64,000 nucleotides of DNA from the human T2T-CHM13v2.0 reference genome, Homo sapiens. Shown here piece after piece: positions 30,892 to 43,324 of this stretch; position 1 is the first letter of the stretch; each line of letters starts with the position of its first letter. Under the pieces are notes generated by a model, which saw only the letters and a list, made by a program, of their open reading frames with translations, did not search any database and was not told the origin of the DNA. A program made the position numbers and the translations under genes. The DNA is taken from NCBI RefSeq assembly GCF_009914755.1, contig NC_060936.1. One strand, 5' to 3'.

Positions 30892-30968
30892 TTGCAGTGA
30901 GCTGAGATTGCACCATTGCACTCCAGCATGGGCAACAAGAGGGAAACTCTGTCTCAAAAAAAAAAAAA
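30892..30968 (+). mobile_element. Alu 3' fragment (Sp/Sq-like)
   Basis: ttgcagtgagctgagattgcaccattgcactccagcatgggcaacaagag...ctc(A)13. Confidence 0.85.
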
Positions 30969-33284
30969 GAAATAAGAGTTTACTAAAGTTGAGTAGGTAG
31001 ATTAATATAGAAGTCAATTGGATTGTTATTATAGTAACAACAAATAACTAGAAAGTATAAAAGAAGACATTGAAATAGTATCATAGATACTATCATAGGT
31101 GCATTCCTATTTATTGAATGCACCTAACAAGAAATTTTTGAGACATCTTTAGGGGTATTTATAGAATGTTATCAGTAGTCCTTTTAGAAAAAACTTAACC
31201 ATGGTATATCTTAGTTGTAGGGCTCACTCACTATCATAAAGATTCCTTTTCTGCTGAAATAATCTTATAGCTAGAAACAGACCCACAGTGTTTATGGGTC
31301 TGTTTATACTAGAATAAATTTGGTGTATGATAAAGATGGCTTATCAGATTAGCAAGGAAAGAAGTTATTGTATAATAAATGTAATCAGGAAAAATGATCC
31401 ATATCAGGAAAAAAAAAGAATTAGATCTCTGCTTCTACCATATAAATACTCAAATACAGATGGCTGAAATACTTAAATGTCAAAAATAAAATTTCCTTGT
31501 AGTAAATAAAGGTATATACCTTTTATAGATGGCAAAGGATTTAAAAAATAAGACTAAGCAACTGATAAATTGTTATTAAAGAATAGATTAAGAATTTCTG
31601 TTCATCAAAAGCTGCCTTAAATAAAGTGGAAACACATGTTATAAACTAGAAGATGTTTGCAATATACACAGCTGACAAATGATTAATATCAAGAATTATT
31701 TTAAAAAATTTATCCAATTAAAAACACAACACAGTCAAAAAATAAAGATGTGAATAGGCATTTCACAAAGGAGGAACCACATATCATTGATAATCATATG
31801 AAGAAATTTTAACTTCATTAATGATCAGGGAAGTCAAATTAAGTACAAAATGAGATGCCATTTAAAACCAAGTGTCAGGAAGGATGAAGATTTATGGGAC
31901 CTCTGTATTCATGCCACCATTTTGGAAAGTACTTTTTCATTTTCCTGTGAAACTAAACATAGACAAATGTTACAACCCAATTATTTTACTCATAGGCATA
32001 TACTCAAGGGAAGTTCTGTGTATAAACAAAAGTAGATGTATTGAAAAATGTTCACAGCATTTCTGGTCTCAATAACAAAATCCTGTAAACTACCCAGATG
32101 TCTCTTGATAGGAAAGTGGCTGAATAAACTTTGGCATATAATTAATATAGCAGCCAAAAGAATGAATAATAGCCATAATAATATTAGCAACATAATATCA
32201 TAAGAAAAAGTTAGGTCCCCCAAATTGACATACTGCAGGATACCCTTTAAAAATAGTTCAGATAAAAGTAATATGCTTTTTGGTAGTAAATATAGAAGAG
32301 ATGAAACATCATTCATTTGAAAGTAAGGGAATGATGAAAAAATAAATTAAGGATTGTGAGTCCAGATAAGCACAGGGAAGAGTTATATGTATTACAACTT
32401 ACTGTCAGGGTCTTCAGGTTTATGTTGTCAACACTGATTTTACCGTGATTACTATGTGACACTTTTCTCTATTATTTGTTGTATAGAGCACATTCTTGTG
32501 CCTTGATATTGTGATATATTTGTAGACTTTTTTTTACAGGACCTATTTTTACTTTTAATCATTAGTACCAATGCAAATCACAATTTTGTCATCATGCTTA
32601 TTTTGCTTATATGGGGGACTCCAAAGATCATATCCCATAGAGGCATGGATTTGGCATTCTTGTTTTGAAAGATTTGGAGTTGAGATTGACATGATAGTTT
32701 TAGGGTCTAAAACATGATTGTTTTAGAAATAGTTATACAGTATAATGAAAGGATTGGAGAGCAGAATGACAAGAAGTAAGTTCTGGTAGTTTTCAAGAAA
32801 TAGTGATAGAGATCCAAGCCACAAAGATGGTCACTAGAGGAGACAAGAAAGGATGAGTGGGGAAATAATATAGAATTAACTGACTTACCTGCTGTGGTGT
32901 AAAGTGTCAAGTGAAAAGTAAAAGGTGACACCTGGGTTTTGCATCCTGGATGGATTAAAGAAGGATAATACTATTGACTGAAAAGAACAGATTGAGGAGA
33001 GAAAGTAGTTTGTGAAGAAAAGGTGAATTTGGCTATAGTAATAGTGTAGTTTCATATATTTAGAGTATCTTAGAGTGTAATACCTTAGAAGTCCTCTGAT
33101 CAGCCTGTTCATTTGACATATGAGGACACTGTGGCCCAGAGAAAGCGTAGTGATTTGGCCAGCATCATATGGTTCAAACACAAATTTCTGTGTGATTACA
33201 GGATATGGATCTGATGGAGATGAGGATGATAGAAGCAACTAGGTTACAAAGGTCCATTAATTCTTGTTAGGAATTTTTACTTTG

Positions 33285-33627
<343 letters not shown>

Positions 33628-33820
33628 TTAAGTAGGAGGAGTATTTAGAAGGAACACTTAGGTTGCAGAGTGGAGAATGGACTAGAAAGGAGCAAAATTG
33701 GAAGCAGAGTACTGTTTTGGAGTTTGATGCTATAAACTAGATGAAAGATAATGGTGACCTTGCTTAGGGTGAAAGTATTGGGGATTGAGAGGAGTAGATG
33801 TATTCTGGAGGTATCTGGGA

Positions 33821-34162
33821 CAGCGGTCCCGAACCTTGTTGGCACCAGGGACTGGTTTTGTGGAAGACAATTTTTCTATGAACTGGAACGTTGGGAGATG
33901 GTTTTGGGATGAAATTGTTCCACCTCGGATCATCAGGCATTAGTTAGATTCTCCTAAGGAGCACACAGCCTAGATCCCTCATATGCACAGTTCACAATAG
34001 GGTTCGTGCTCCTTTGAGAATCTAATGCTGCTGCTAATCTGACAGGAGGCAGAGCTCAGGTGGTAATGCTTACTTGCTGGCCACTCACCTCCTGCTGTGC
34101 AGCCTGGTTCCTAACAGGCCAAGGACCCAGACCGGTTCGTGTCCGCGGGTTGGGGACCCCTG
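33821..34162 (+). mobile_element. MER1B hAT-Charlie non-autonomous DNA transposon
   Basis: TIRs cagcggtcccgaacc / ggttggggacccctg; decayed 8-bp TSD atctggga / ctctcgga. Confidence 0.9.
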
Positions 34163-37039
34163 CTCTCGGAGATAGGATTTTGTGATTGTTTTTATATATG
34201 GGGTGAGAGAGAGAAGTATGAGGCAAAGATGACTGCAAGTTTTCTTCTTGACCAAATGTGTTATAGAGGTAGTGGCAATCACTGGTCTAAAGACCCCTGG
34301 AAGAAGGGTAAATTTGAGGTTGGTGGGGGAGATGTTGAATTCAATCTTGAGTTTTGGTTGTATTGCATTTGAGGTTCCTGTTAGATTACAGTTGTCTCTT
34401 GGCTATGTAGATCTGGAGCTCAGGAAACACATCTAAATTAGAGATAGAGATACCATAGCTTATGTTTGTAAATGAATCCAAAGATGTGAATGAGATAGTC
34501 CAGGGAGTGTATCTAAAGTGAAAGAAAGGAAGGGTTAGGTTGGAGCCCTTTGGAGCACCAAAATTTAAAGGATAGGTAGAAGAACCTGCAAGAGAGATTG
34601 AGCTAAAGCAGTTAGAAAACTAGGAAGAAGGAAGGAGTATGATAGTCTTATATAGCATGAAGTGAGAAGTGTTTTGAGAAGAAAAGACTAATCAAATGAT
34701 GTTAATGTTCAAATAAGACAAGGAATTGTTTCATTTTGCATAATAAAAAGGATGTAATTGGTTGCAGGCATGAGATATAACAATAGTGTCTGAAGTTGAG
34801 CTGTGAAAAGGATAGGACTGTGGTTGGAGGACACTGTATTTGAGGAAGGTTTTGTTTTTGTTTTTGTTCTGTTTTCATTTTTAAACTGTAGGGCTTGGAG
34901 CATGTTTCATTGTTGATGAGAAAGAGCTAAATAAGAGGAGGTTGAATAGTTAAGAGGAAACAATTGAGAGAGCCAAGTCTCTGAGAGCCCAGGTTGCTGG
35001 GAGGGTTTGGGGGTTAGTCTTAAGTAGGCAGAAGGGTTCCTTTTTCTTTGTGAGCAGAATGAGTTGTAATAGCTGAGTACAGATGCTGGTAGCTATAGTT
35101 TTGGTAACAAGAAGTTGAGGGACTTCTCTTAAAATGCCTTCTGTTTTCTTTGTTAAGCAGGAGGCCAGGCTATTTGCTTTGATAGCAGAAAGGAATAGAA
35201 AGGCTGGAAGTTTGAGGAGAGTTGGCAGTCTTTGAAATAGCTTTTCTGGAGAATGAGAGAAATAACTTTAAAGAAATACTGGGTGTGTTGGGCAGCACTG
35301 TGAATCCAGTTGAAGAGGGGAAACATGAATTTTATGTGATTTTGTTCTGATAGTTGTCAGCAGAAGACAGGTAATTGGATATTATTGGTGGTTCCTGGGG
35401 TGGGAGGGAGGTGTTATCAGTTGCCTTGCAACCACTCTGGATTCTGAATCAGCTGAGGAATGGAACCAAGAGTTGTATAGAAATCAGAGTAGCAACTTTA
35501 TTGTTAAAACCTGGCTTGGGCCTAAATCTGAAATGAGGTCTCCCACAGGTTTTCTTCTAAATTAAATTTACCCATCTGGTCACAGGCAGAATAGCTAAAA
35601 AACAAGTCTCTGTGCTTAAAGAATGAAGTTTTTCCCTGATGAGCTTCTTTATGGGAGCTAAACTGCAAGAATAGTATATTGTTTGAAGGCACCAAGTTCC
35701 CAGTAAGGAGCTCAAAGAGGTTGTACTTTGCATGCACACTAAATTTTATAATTAATCTTAGCTAACAGTGACACTTAGGGATGTTTTGCTCTCACTATGA
35801 TTACTTTTTTTTTTTTTTGAGAGCAGTAAAGAGGATAAAGGACTACAGTACTTCTTCAATCACATTTCCTTCTATTGAAAACAGGCCTGTGCTCTCTTTT
35901 AAAATGTGAGGAGAGGAAGTAGTATATCTTACCTTTAGCATTCATTGAGCGATGAGATTTTGCCAGATAAGAATACAGTTCATACAGTGAGAATTTTGAG
36001 TTGATAGAGGGATAGCCCTGTAAAAATGTTCATTTTTTGGTTGGGAATGTATGACTGGCCCCTGAGAAGTGATTAGTTCTGCAAAATCTGTGTAGACTAC
36101 TAAGATTATGAGAGGGCATACATTTTTTGAAGGAGAAGATAATGAGATAGAATCAGAGGGCTATCAGCCTGGGAAAAGATTGCTATTAAGGAGTTGGAAG
36201 TTGAAGACTTAACCAAAGAGGGTGAGGGTAGATATAAGGGTTTGGAGAGTAAATGTCTTGTAGTTTTTATTTTTGTTGTTACTTTTTGGGATGTGTAAGT
36301 TTTCTGAATGAAGGTTGGTAAAGACAGACTTAATTGATAACAGATGAAAATTATAAAGGAAAATTTAGTTATTAGTAGTTGGGATGTTTTCCTATTGGAT
36401 CATTTATGAATATAATGTTTTTTAGGTAATAAATTTACACCTCAGTTTGCTTTCTTTGGACTTGTAATAATCTGCCACTGGCCAAGTTTCACTGGTAGTA
36501 GAATTCATAGTATGGCAATACTTCTTTAATTCAGCTTCATAGGCAGTTTCAAAATTATTAACCCCAATAATAATTGGACACTTGATGAGAATATAAAGTA
36601 GCAATGTAGTATCTTTTAAGATATTGGTCCTTAGGCACAGTCTTAATATGGGTAGAGCTGTTTCAATGCTAGCAACTGGGTCTTCTAGTGCCCAAGATCC
36701 ACTGTAATTTTCTTGGAAAAGTAAGAGGGAAAAGGAAGTCATGTGGGAACTATTAGCAACTAATTTGCTGTCATTCAGTCATTTATTTTGAAGGCATTAA
36801 TTCAGAAATATTCTTTGAGCCCTTACTATGTGCTAGGAACTGCTCAGTTCAATTGCTGGAGGGTAAAAAAAAGATGAATAAAGAAAGGATCCCCACACTA
36901 CCTCCAGATTTCTTATATAAACTTAGGTAGACAGTTACATTTTCTTGACCCAATAAGCCTGAAATTCTGTTCTTACATATTTTGACTCTTCTAATTAGCT
37001 CAGTCTTAATTGCTTTCTATTTTTAACTTTAAGGTTTGA

Positions 37040-37067
37040 GTGTGTGTGTGTGTGTGTGTGTGTGTGT
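37040..37067. repeat. (GT)14 microsatellite
   Basis: Directly visible. Confidence 0.95.
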
Positions 37068-37849
37068 ATTTCCTTTGTTCTGTTTTCTCTAATTTCTGTT
37101 TGCCCAGAAGAGTCAGAAAAAAAACCACTTGTCTCTGTTGCTTCTAGGAAACATGGCATTAAACAGGATCAAATGGAAAAGTATTATTGCGACTGTGAGG
37201 ATGTTAGCAAGTAGTTTTCCAGATCAGATGGAGATTTAGTTGAATGCTAAGTGGACAGTGTTAACTAATAGGATATTTGGGGACGATCAGATAATTTGGG
37301 TGGTCTCTTGAGATTTTATTTTTTGAAGTCAGTTATCAAAATGTCTTTATTAGACCTTTTTAGAAGGGGAGGGGTGCAGGTTGGTTAGGTTTTGAGCAAC
37401 TTTGGTGTCTAGAGATACAATCTTGTATTTGGTATGAATACTTGTAATATGGGAAGATGTTATAATGGAGACTATTATGAAAAATCCTAATTTATTTGTT
37501 GAGTAAATGCAAATTTAAAGCATTTATGTCTTTTATGGTTAGTTTTGTAAAGAAAAACTTTCTTGAGTTTTTCTCAGAATATTTTGATAGAACTAATAGG
37601 TAGCTGGCTCATCATGCCATGTTGTTTTTTTGTGCTCATAGTTTAAAATTGTAATAAGGCTTGCTATGAAATACTGCTGTCTTCTGTGTCCTCCATGCTT
37701 TTCCAGCCTCCTCATCTCCTTCATACTGGTTTCTCTGTTTTCATTTGGTTAGTTCTCTAGTCACTAATTCAACTCTGAAGTTTCCCCTAATTGTTTAAAA
37801 TTACACTCATGATGGTAAAACATATGAGCTAGTCTATTTCATTTCTTGA

Positions 37850-38900
37850 ATACATGTCTCAGGAGCTTTCTGATTTGCTCCAATCTAGACTGGAGGTATC
37901 TCTTCTTGCTTCATAGGTATTGTGGAACTCAGTTCACTATTATTCTGGGAGAAATCCCTTTGCTTTTCACTTTAGTTGGATCTTTCCTAATCCTATGTCT
38001 TTTTCTTTCTTGTCTTATTCTCTTGGTTTACTCCATAGCTTTTAAAGAAAGTGTGCAATAAAAATTGTTTTGAGACTTTACAGGTGTGAACATGACTTTA
38101 TTCTTCCCTCAATTATATGTTGGTTTGGTTGAATATAGAATTCCATGCTGTAAATCATTTTCCCTGAGAATTTTAAAAGCATTATTAGTCCATTGTTTTT
38201 TACCTTCCAGTGATGCTGTTATGAAGTGTGAGACCATTATGTTGTTGGTCCTTTGAATGAAGCCTATTTTCTCTCTGGAAGCTTGTAGGATCTTCCCTTT
38301 GTCTCTACTGTGCCTTGCTGTGGGTTTTTTTGCTTCTTTTTTTCTCTTGGACAGTTGATATACCCATTACTGGATATAATATCCTTTTGTTTTAGAAAAT
38401 TTTCCTGAATTATTTTGTTGATGATTTCTTTACTTTTGTTTTCTCTTTTCTGTCTTTCTTGAACTCCTAGAGTCCTAATAATTAGATATTACGTATCCTA
38501 GGCTGGATCTTGTAACTTTTTTTTACTCTGACTTCCCATTTTTTTCTCTTATACTTTTTTAAAAGAAAATTTCCTTAATTTTATTTTCTATCCGGCAGTA
38601 TTTCATTTCTGCAATTATATATTTTTATTTCCAAGGCCTCAGTCTTGTTGTTTACTCCTTTCTTGATCATTTTCTCCCCTGAAATTAGGGCATCCTGTTC
38701 GTAATTCATGGATGAACTATCTTCTGTTGTTAACTTTCTGAAGATACTATGGTTTTGTTTTTTTCTTTCTTGGATAGTCTTTGTTTATTTCATCCTAGTT
38801 TTCTTTTATGGTTTGGTCTCTATTTTTTTCTTCTATTTGTTTTTTAATTAGATGCTTTCTTCATCTCTTTGGTCGTCCTTGATAGTCTGTTCACATGTAA
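37850..38900 (-). mobile_element. Ancient L1M/HAL1-like remnant
   Basis: gaatatagaattc...aatcattttccctgagaattttaaa. Confidence 0.5.
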
Positions 38901-38914
38901 GATTGAGGCACTAA

Positions 38915-39135
38915 TAAAGTAGCAAACACTTATATAATGCTTAGAATGTATCAGATACTGTTCTGAGTGCTTCATCTGTTTTAACATATTTAATCCTTGT
39001 ACTGACTTTAGGAGTTAGCTATTATAATATTCGATAGATGAGGAAACTGAGGCACACAATGTTTTAAGTAAAATGCCCAATGTAACACAGTAAGTGGCAG
39101 AGCTGGAATTTGAATCCAGCCATCTTAACTCTATA
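38915..39135 (-). mobile_element. MIR SINE
   Basis: agatgaggaaactgaggcaca...gtaagtggcagagctggaatttgaatcca core. Confidence 0.8.
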
Positions 39136-40776
39136 GTCCCTTCTTTTAACCTTTATGCTGTTCTGCCTGTTATTAAAATTAGAAGCTAATTGGAAATTTT
39201 GTGCTTGTGGGTGGGATTTGTCAAAGTAGTATTTCATGAGTGAGTTGTTTCTTTGTGGAACGTCTGATAAGGTCCTTTTCATGGGTTGAGTAGATTCATC
39301 ATTGAAGAATCTGCAGCTCTTCTGACTAGAGGTTTCAGCCCAGCCGCTGTTGTTTTGGTTGCTGAGTAGTGAAAGATGTCTGGAGTTACTGGTCTACATA
39401 TTTAACCACCCTCTCCCCTCCCCAAGATATAACTTCACCTAGTCCACCTGTGTTGATATCTTCCTGCCTGGAGACCCTCAGCTTTACCCTGTCCAGGGAA
39501 TGAACCTCCAGTCTTCTGCTGTGGTGATAAATTGTAGGTTACCCAGTTGTGCAGATTCTGGGAGTGGTCTTAGCATATACCTATGACTCTTAATTTTGAG
39601 TTTCGGTTTTACTTGACTTTCAGTACCTCCCATTGCTGAGCCTTTTGAGGATTCTCTTATGTATTCATAAGTGTGATTCTCATTTTTCCAGTGACTCATT
39701 TTCCTTGTATTTGCTTTGAAATTTCTTGTAGTTTTCTCATTTCACATTCTCTTTGACCTAATTTTTATGCAGAAGCCAATAATCAAAAGAAATCTTTGTA
39801 TTCTTACAGGGATACCTTTCCGTAAAGATGAATAAAATGTGTGTTTTGATGTGCCATTTGACATTTTCTGTCAGATCTGTTGAAATCTTTCTCAAATGTC
39901 TCCTTCTACCTTAGGCATTTAATGATGCTTCCAACCAGATATATCATCTTCTGAAAATCTTTCTTCTTACTTTGGAAATTTTTTCTTCTCTTTTGAGACT
40001 CTTTTACATCTTATGTTATTTGTATTTGAATGCTTTTCTTACACTCTGCCCTCCTCTGTACACCAGACTGTAACTTCTTTGAGGACCTTAACTGATACAG
40101 AATTGCTGAATAAAAGTTTATTACATTGTGTATTCTGTATATGTTTTGTCCTTTTGTATGTCTTTCTTATAAAACATTTTTAGAATATCAGCAGTGTATT
40201 AAATATTCAGACTAGCAAAGTAGGGAATTAATACAATAAGGCAAAAAAAGAGATTAAATTTAGATATAAAGAAGTTTGAGAATTGTTAGACCTTGATATT
40301 GTGAAAACTTTCAGCGTAGATTCCTAATTATAATGAAGTATACACCTGTCTTTCTGCCATTACACAAAAGAATGAATTATGTGATCTGTTAATGTTTTGG
40401 CCAGGCTTATGATTCTGTAACTTAGATGTCAGATATATTTGCTGTTGCTACATTCTTATAATATTTGTAGTTTAATGGGCTATAATGTTAAATGCTAGAA
40501 TATTCTAAAATACTTGATAAGAATGCACTTTAGATAAAGTAAATATTTTAAATGTATTGGAGTAGCTAAATACATAAATAAGCCCACATTTGTATATTTC
40601 CTTTTAAAAACTGTTGATTTTCATATTTTATAAATTTTATTTTTACAAGTCAATGCTGTTAATTTTCTTTTCTCCTATTTAAAATGCTCAGAAGTAAACT
40701 ATTGCAGGAATTGAAGTCTAAATTATATGCAGAAAGATTATTGCTTTAAAAATATTTCTCTAGAATTATATGTTAA

Positions 40777-41145
<369 letters not shown>

Positions 41146-41659
41146 AATATGTAAAAGTTGCTGGAGTCTGGAAAACATCAGTGGTCACTAGTATGTTCTT
41201 TTGCAGAGCTAAATCAGAACTTAGGAAACTGACTGTATTTGGTTCATTACCACAGTCAAACAAGCTGAAATGATTGTTAGATGTGGGTATTTGTTTTTAT
41301 TTTCAAATTTTCTGTCACCTTACAAATAGTTTATTGGGAAGTGACTTAAGAAAACACACAGAAGCATTACTCTAAAAATTCCATTCTTTTGAAACCATAT
41401 TATTTGAGTACAGCATATGTAGATGCTAAAAATTTTTTGTTTCTTCAGATTCATGGGATACATGTGGAAGAGATAAAGTTGGTGTTTATAGTTTGACTTG
41501 GTTAATTCTTAATGTTCATATCACTCTTCTTTCATAATTTCTTCATGAAAAATGTAGCCACATACAGATTTCTGTTCACTTGCAACACAGAATAATGTGA
41601 GTTCCATTTCAAACTAAACATCATCAAAAGTTTCTGAAAGTCTGGTTTATATTTTTTAG

Positions 41660-41741
41660 GTGCTATACGTGGATGACCTGCTTAGTTTTAATTTTTGGAG
41701 AAATACATTTTATAAAACATTTTCATCAGATTGCTAAAATT
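41660..41741 (+). other. Candidate alternative 5'UTR exon of CCDC91, 82 nt
   Basis: Acceptor tttatattttttag; donor ATT|gtgagt; unique sequence 1.5 kb upstream of the ATG exon. Confidence 0.5.
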
Positions 41742-42199
41742 GTGAGTAATGGTAATGATACCATGATTATATTCTGGTTAATTTAATACCTTTCCTTTTT
41801 ACAATATGTTTCTGTCTAAATATATATTTTTTAGTGTCATTACCTACTGAGTTTCTGTGAAAAGAATTTCCTTTGCCTGTTAAAACAATCGTTGAAATTA
41901 ATGTTTTTACTGTTTTTTTCTTTGACAATTTTTTGAATTTTCTTTTTGAAGGTGTTAGCACTAGTTTCCAGAAGGTAAAGCACAGATATAGATGACTACT
42001 TAAAGCAAATGACCTTAGAAAATGCCCTTAAGATTAATGTTTAACATATAGTTTAATATGTATAGCTATTTTTATTTTAGAAGTGGGAAAGGATTGTTTT
42101 CCTGTAATGAAGTCCATCTTGTATTACTGAGTCAAGGAAACTATAATCAACATTTGGGTATGTTCACTTAAAGTTTTCTTTTTAATTTAAAACATTGCT

Positions 42200-42295
42200 T
42201 TTTAAATTAACTTTTAGGTTAAGGGGTACATGTGCAGGTTTATTACAAAGACAAACTCCTGTCATGGGGGTTTGTTGTACAGATTATTTTGTCAT
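42200..42295 (-). mobile_element. Short older L1PA 3' terminus
   Basis: ttttaggttaaggggtacatgtgcaggttt...gggggtttgttgtacagattattt. Confidence 0.7.
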
Positions 42296-43294
42296 ATGGT
42301 CACTTCTGAATGATAGAAAAATAAACCAATTATTACTGACTAGAGTATTACTTGCAGCTATAGATTCACAATTACAGGTTCCAAATTGTAAATTAAGAAA
42401 CAATCTATATGAGAACTTATTTTTCATTTTAATGTATACTTCCTCTTACTAATTTCACCTTTTCAGGTTATTTAGTTCTTGCATGGTTTGTTTGATAAAG
42501 CTGCTGCTCCTTTTTTTTTTTTTAAAGCCCTGATACTAATGGTTTTATCTTTTCATTTTTATGATATACATTTAGGACTAAAAAAGCAAATAATATTTGA
42601 GTGCTTGTCTCTCTTACATACTTTAAGAGTAAAGAAAAGAGGAATTCTGGATATTTATTTGTGTTTTTCTCATCCCTCATCTCCCATGAATACATGACTT
42701 GATTTATCTTGATCAGCCTAGTAACTTGCTCCACATTTTTCCAAAAGTGCAAAGCAGTTTCAGCTAAAAATACACATATCAAAATGATCCAAAAGTTGTG
42801 GCCACAGCTCAAAAATGCTGATCAATTTTGAAAATCTAAATCAGCCTTGGCCCTGAAACCGAGGGAAGAACCTTTGTGGTAGGGGACAGATTTCCAAAAA
42901 CTCACCACAGTCCTGTTCTTAGCTGGAGTTTGTGCTGATGTTGCCAGACAACTGAGGAATAGATGCAAAAAGCAGGAAGCATTATTGAATTGAGCTCTAG
43001 TGCCAATTTGGGAAAAGCAAATTAAAATGTAAAAGAATATTTTTCCACTCCTGGCATCTCAACATAAAATGGCAAAATACATGGTTGCTGAAAAAGTTAC
43101 AGAAATTGCTAATTTTGCCAAAAAGTAAAAGCCAATTGCAAATTCTTTTTTGCATAAAAAATGCATAGACAGTTAGAAATTCTAATTTACAAATAAATAT
43201 GTATACATTTAAGTTGGAGAGTATTTTGACATAAATGACTGTGTGTGTGCGGGCTTGTTTCAATATCTTATATTTTTCAGGTGCCACTTGAAGA

Positions 43295-43324
43295 ATGGAT
43301 GATGATGATTTTGGTGGTTTTGAG
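43295..43324 (+). CDS. CCDC91: CCDC91 first coding exon (exon 43281-43324), MDDDDFGGFE, containing the DFGGF GAE-domain-binding motif
   Basis: Acceptor tatttttcag at 43271-43280; strong Kozak AGAATGG; in-frame TGA at 43289-43291 two codons upstream; phase-0 donor GAG|gtatgc. Confidence 0.95.

Larger units (their letters stand above)
29535..32400 (+). mobile_element. Old L1M ORF2 remnant with nested MLT1 and Alu pieces
   Basis: ccaggtatgcaaggatgatt, aatagatacagaaaatcatttgataa, gatgtgaataggcatttcac. Confidence 0.7.
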
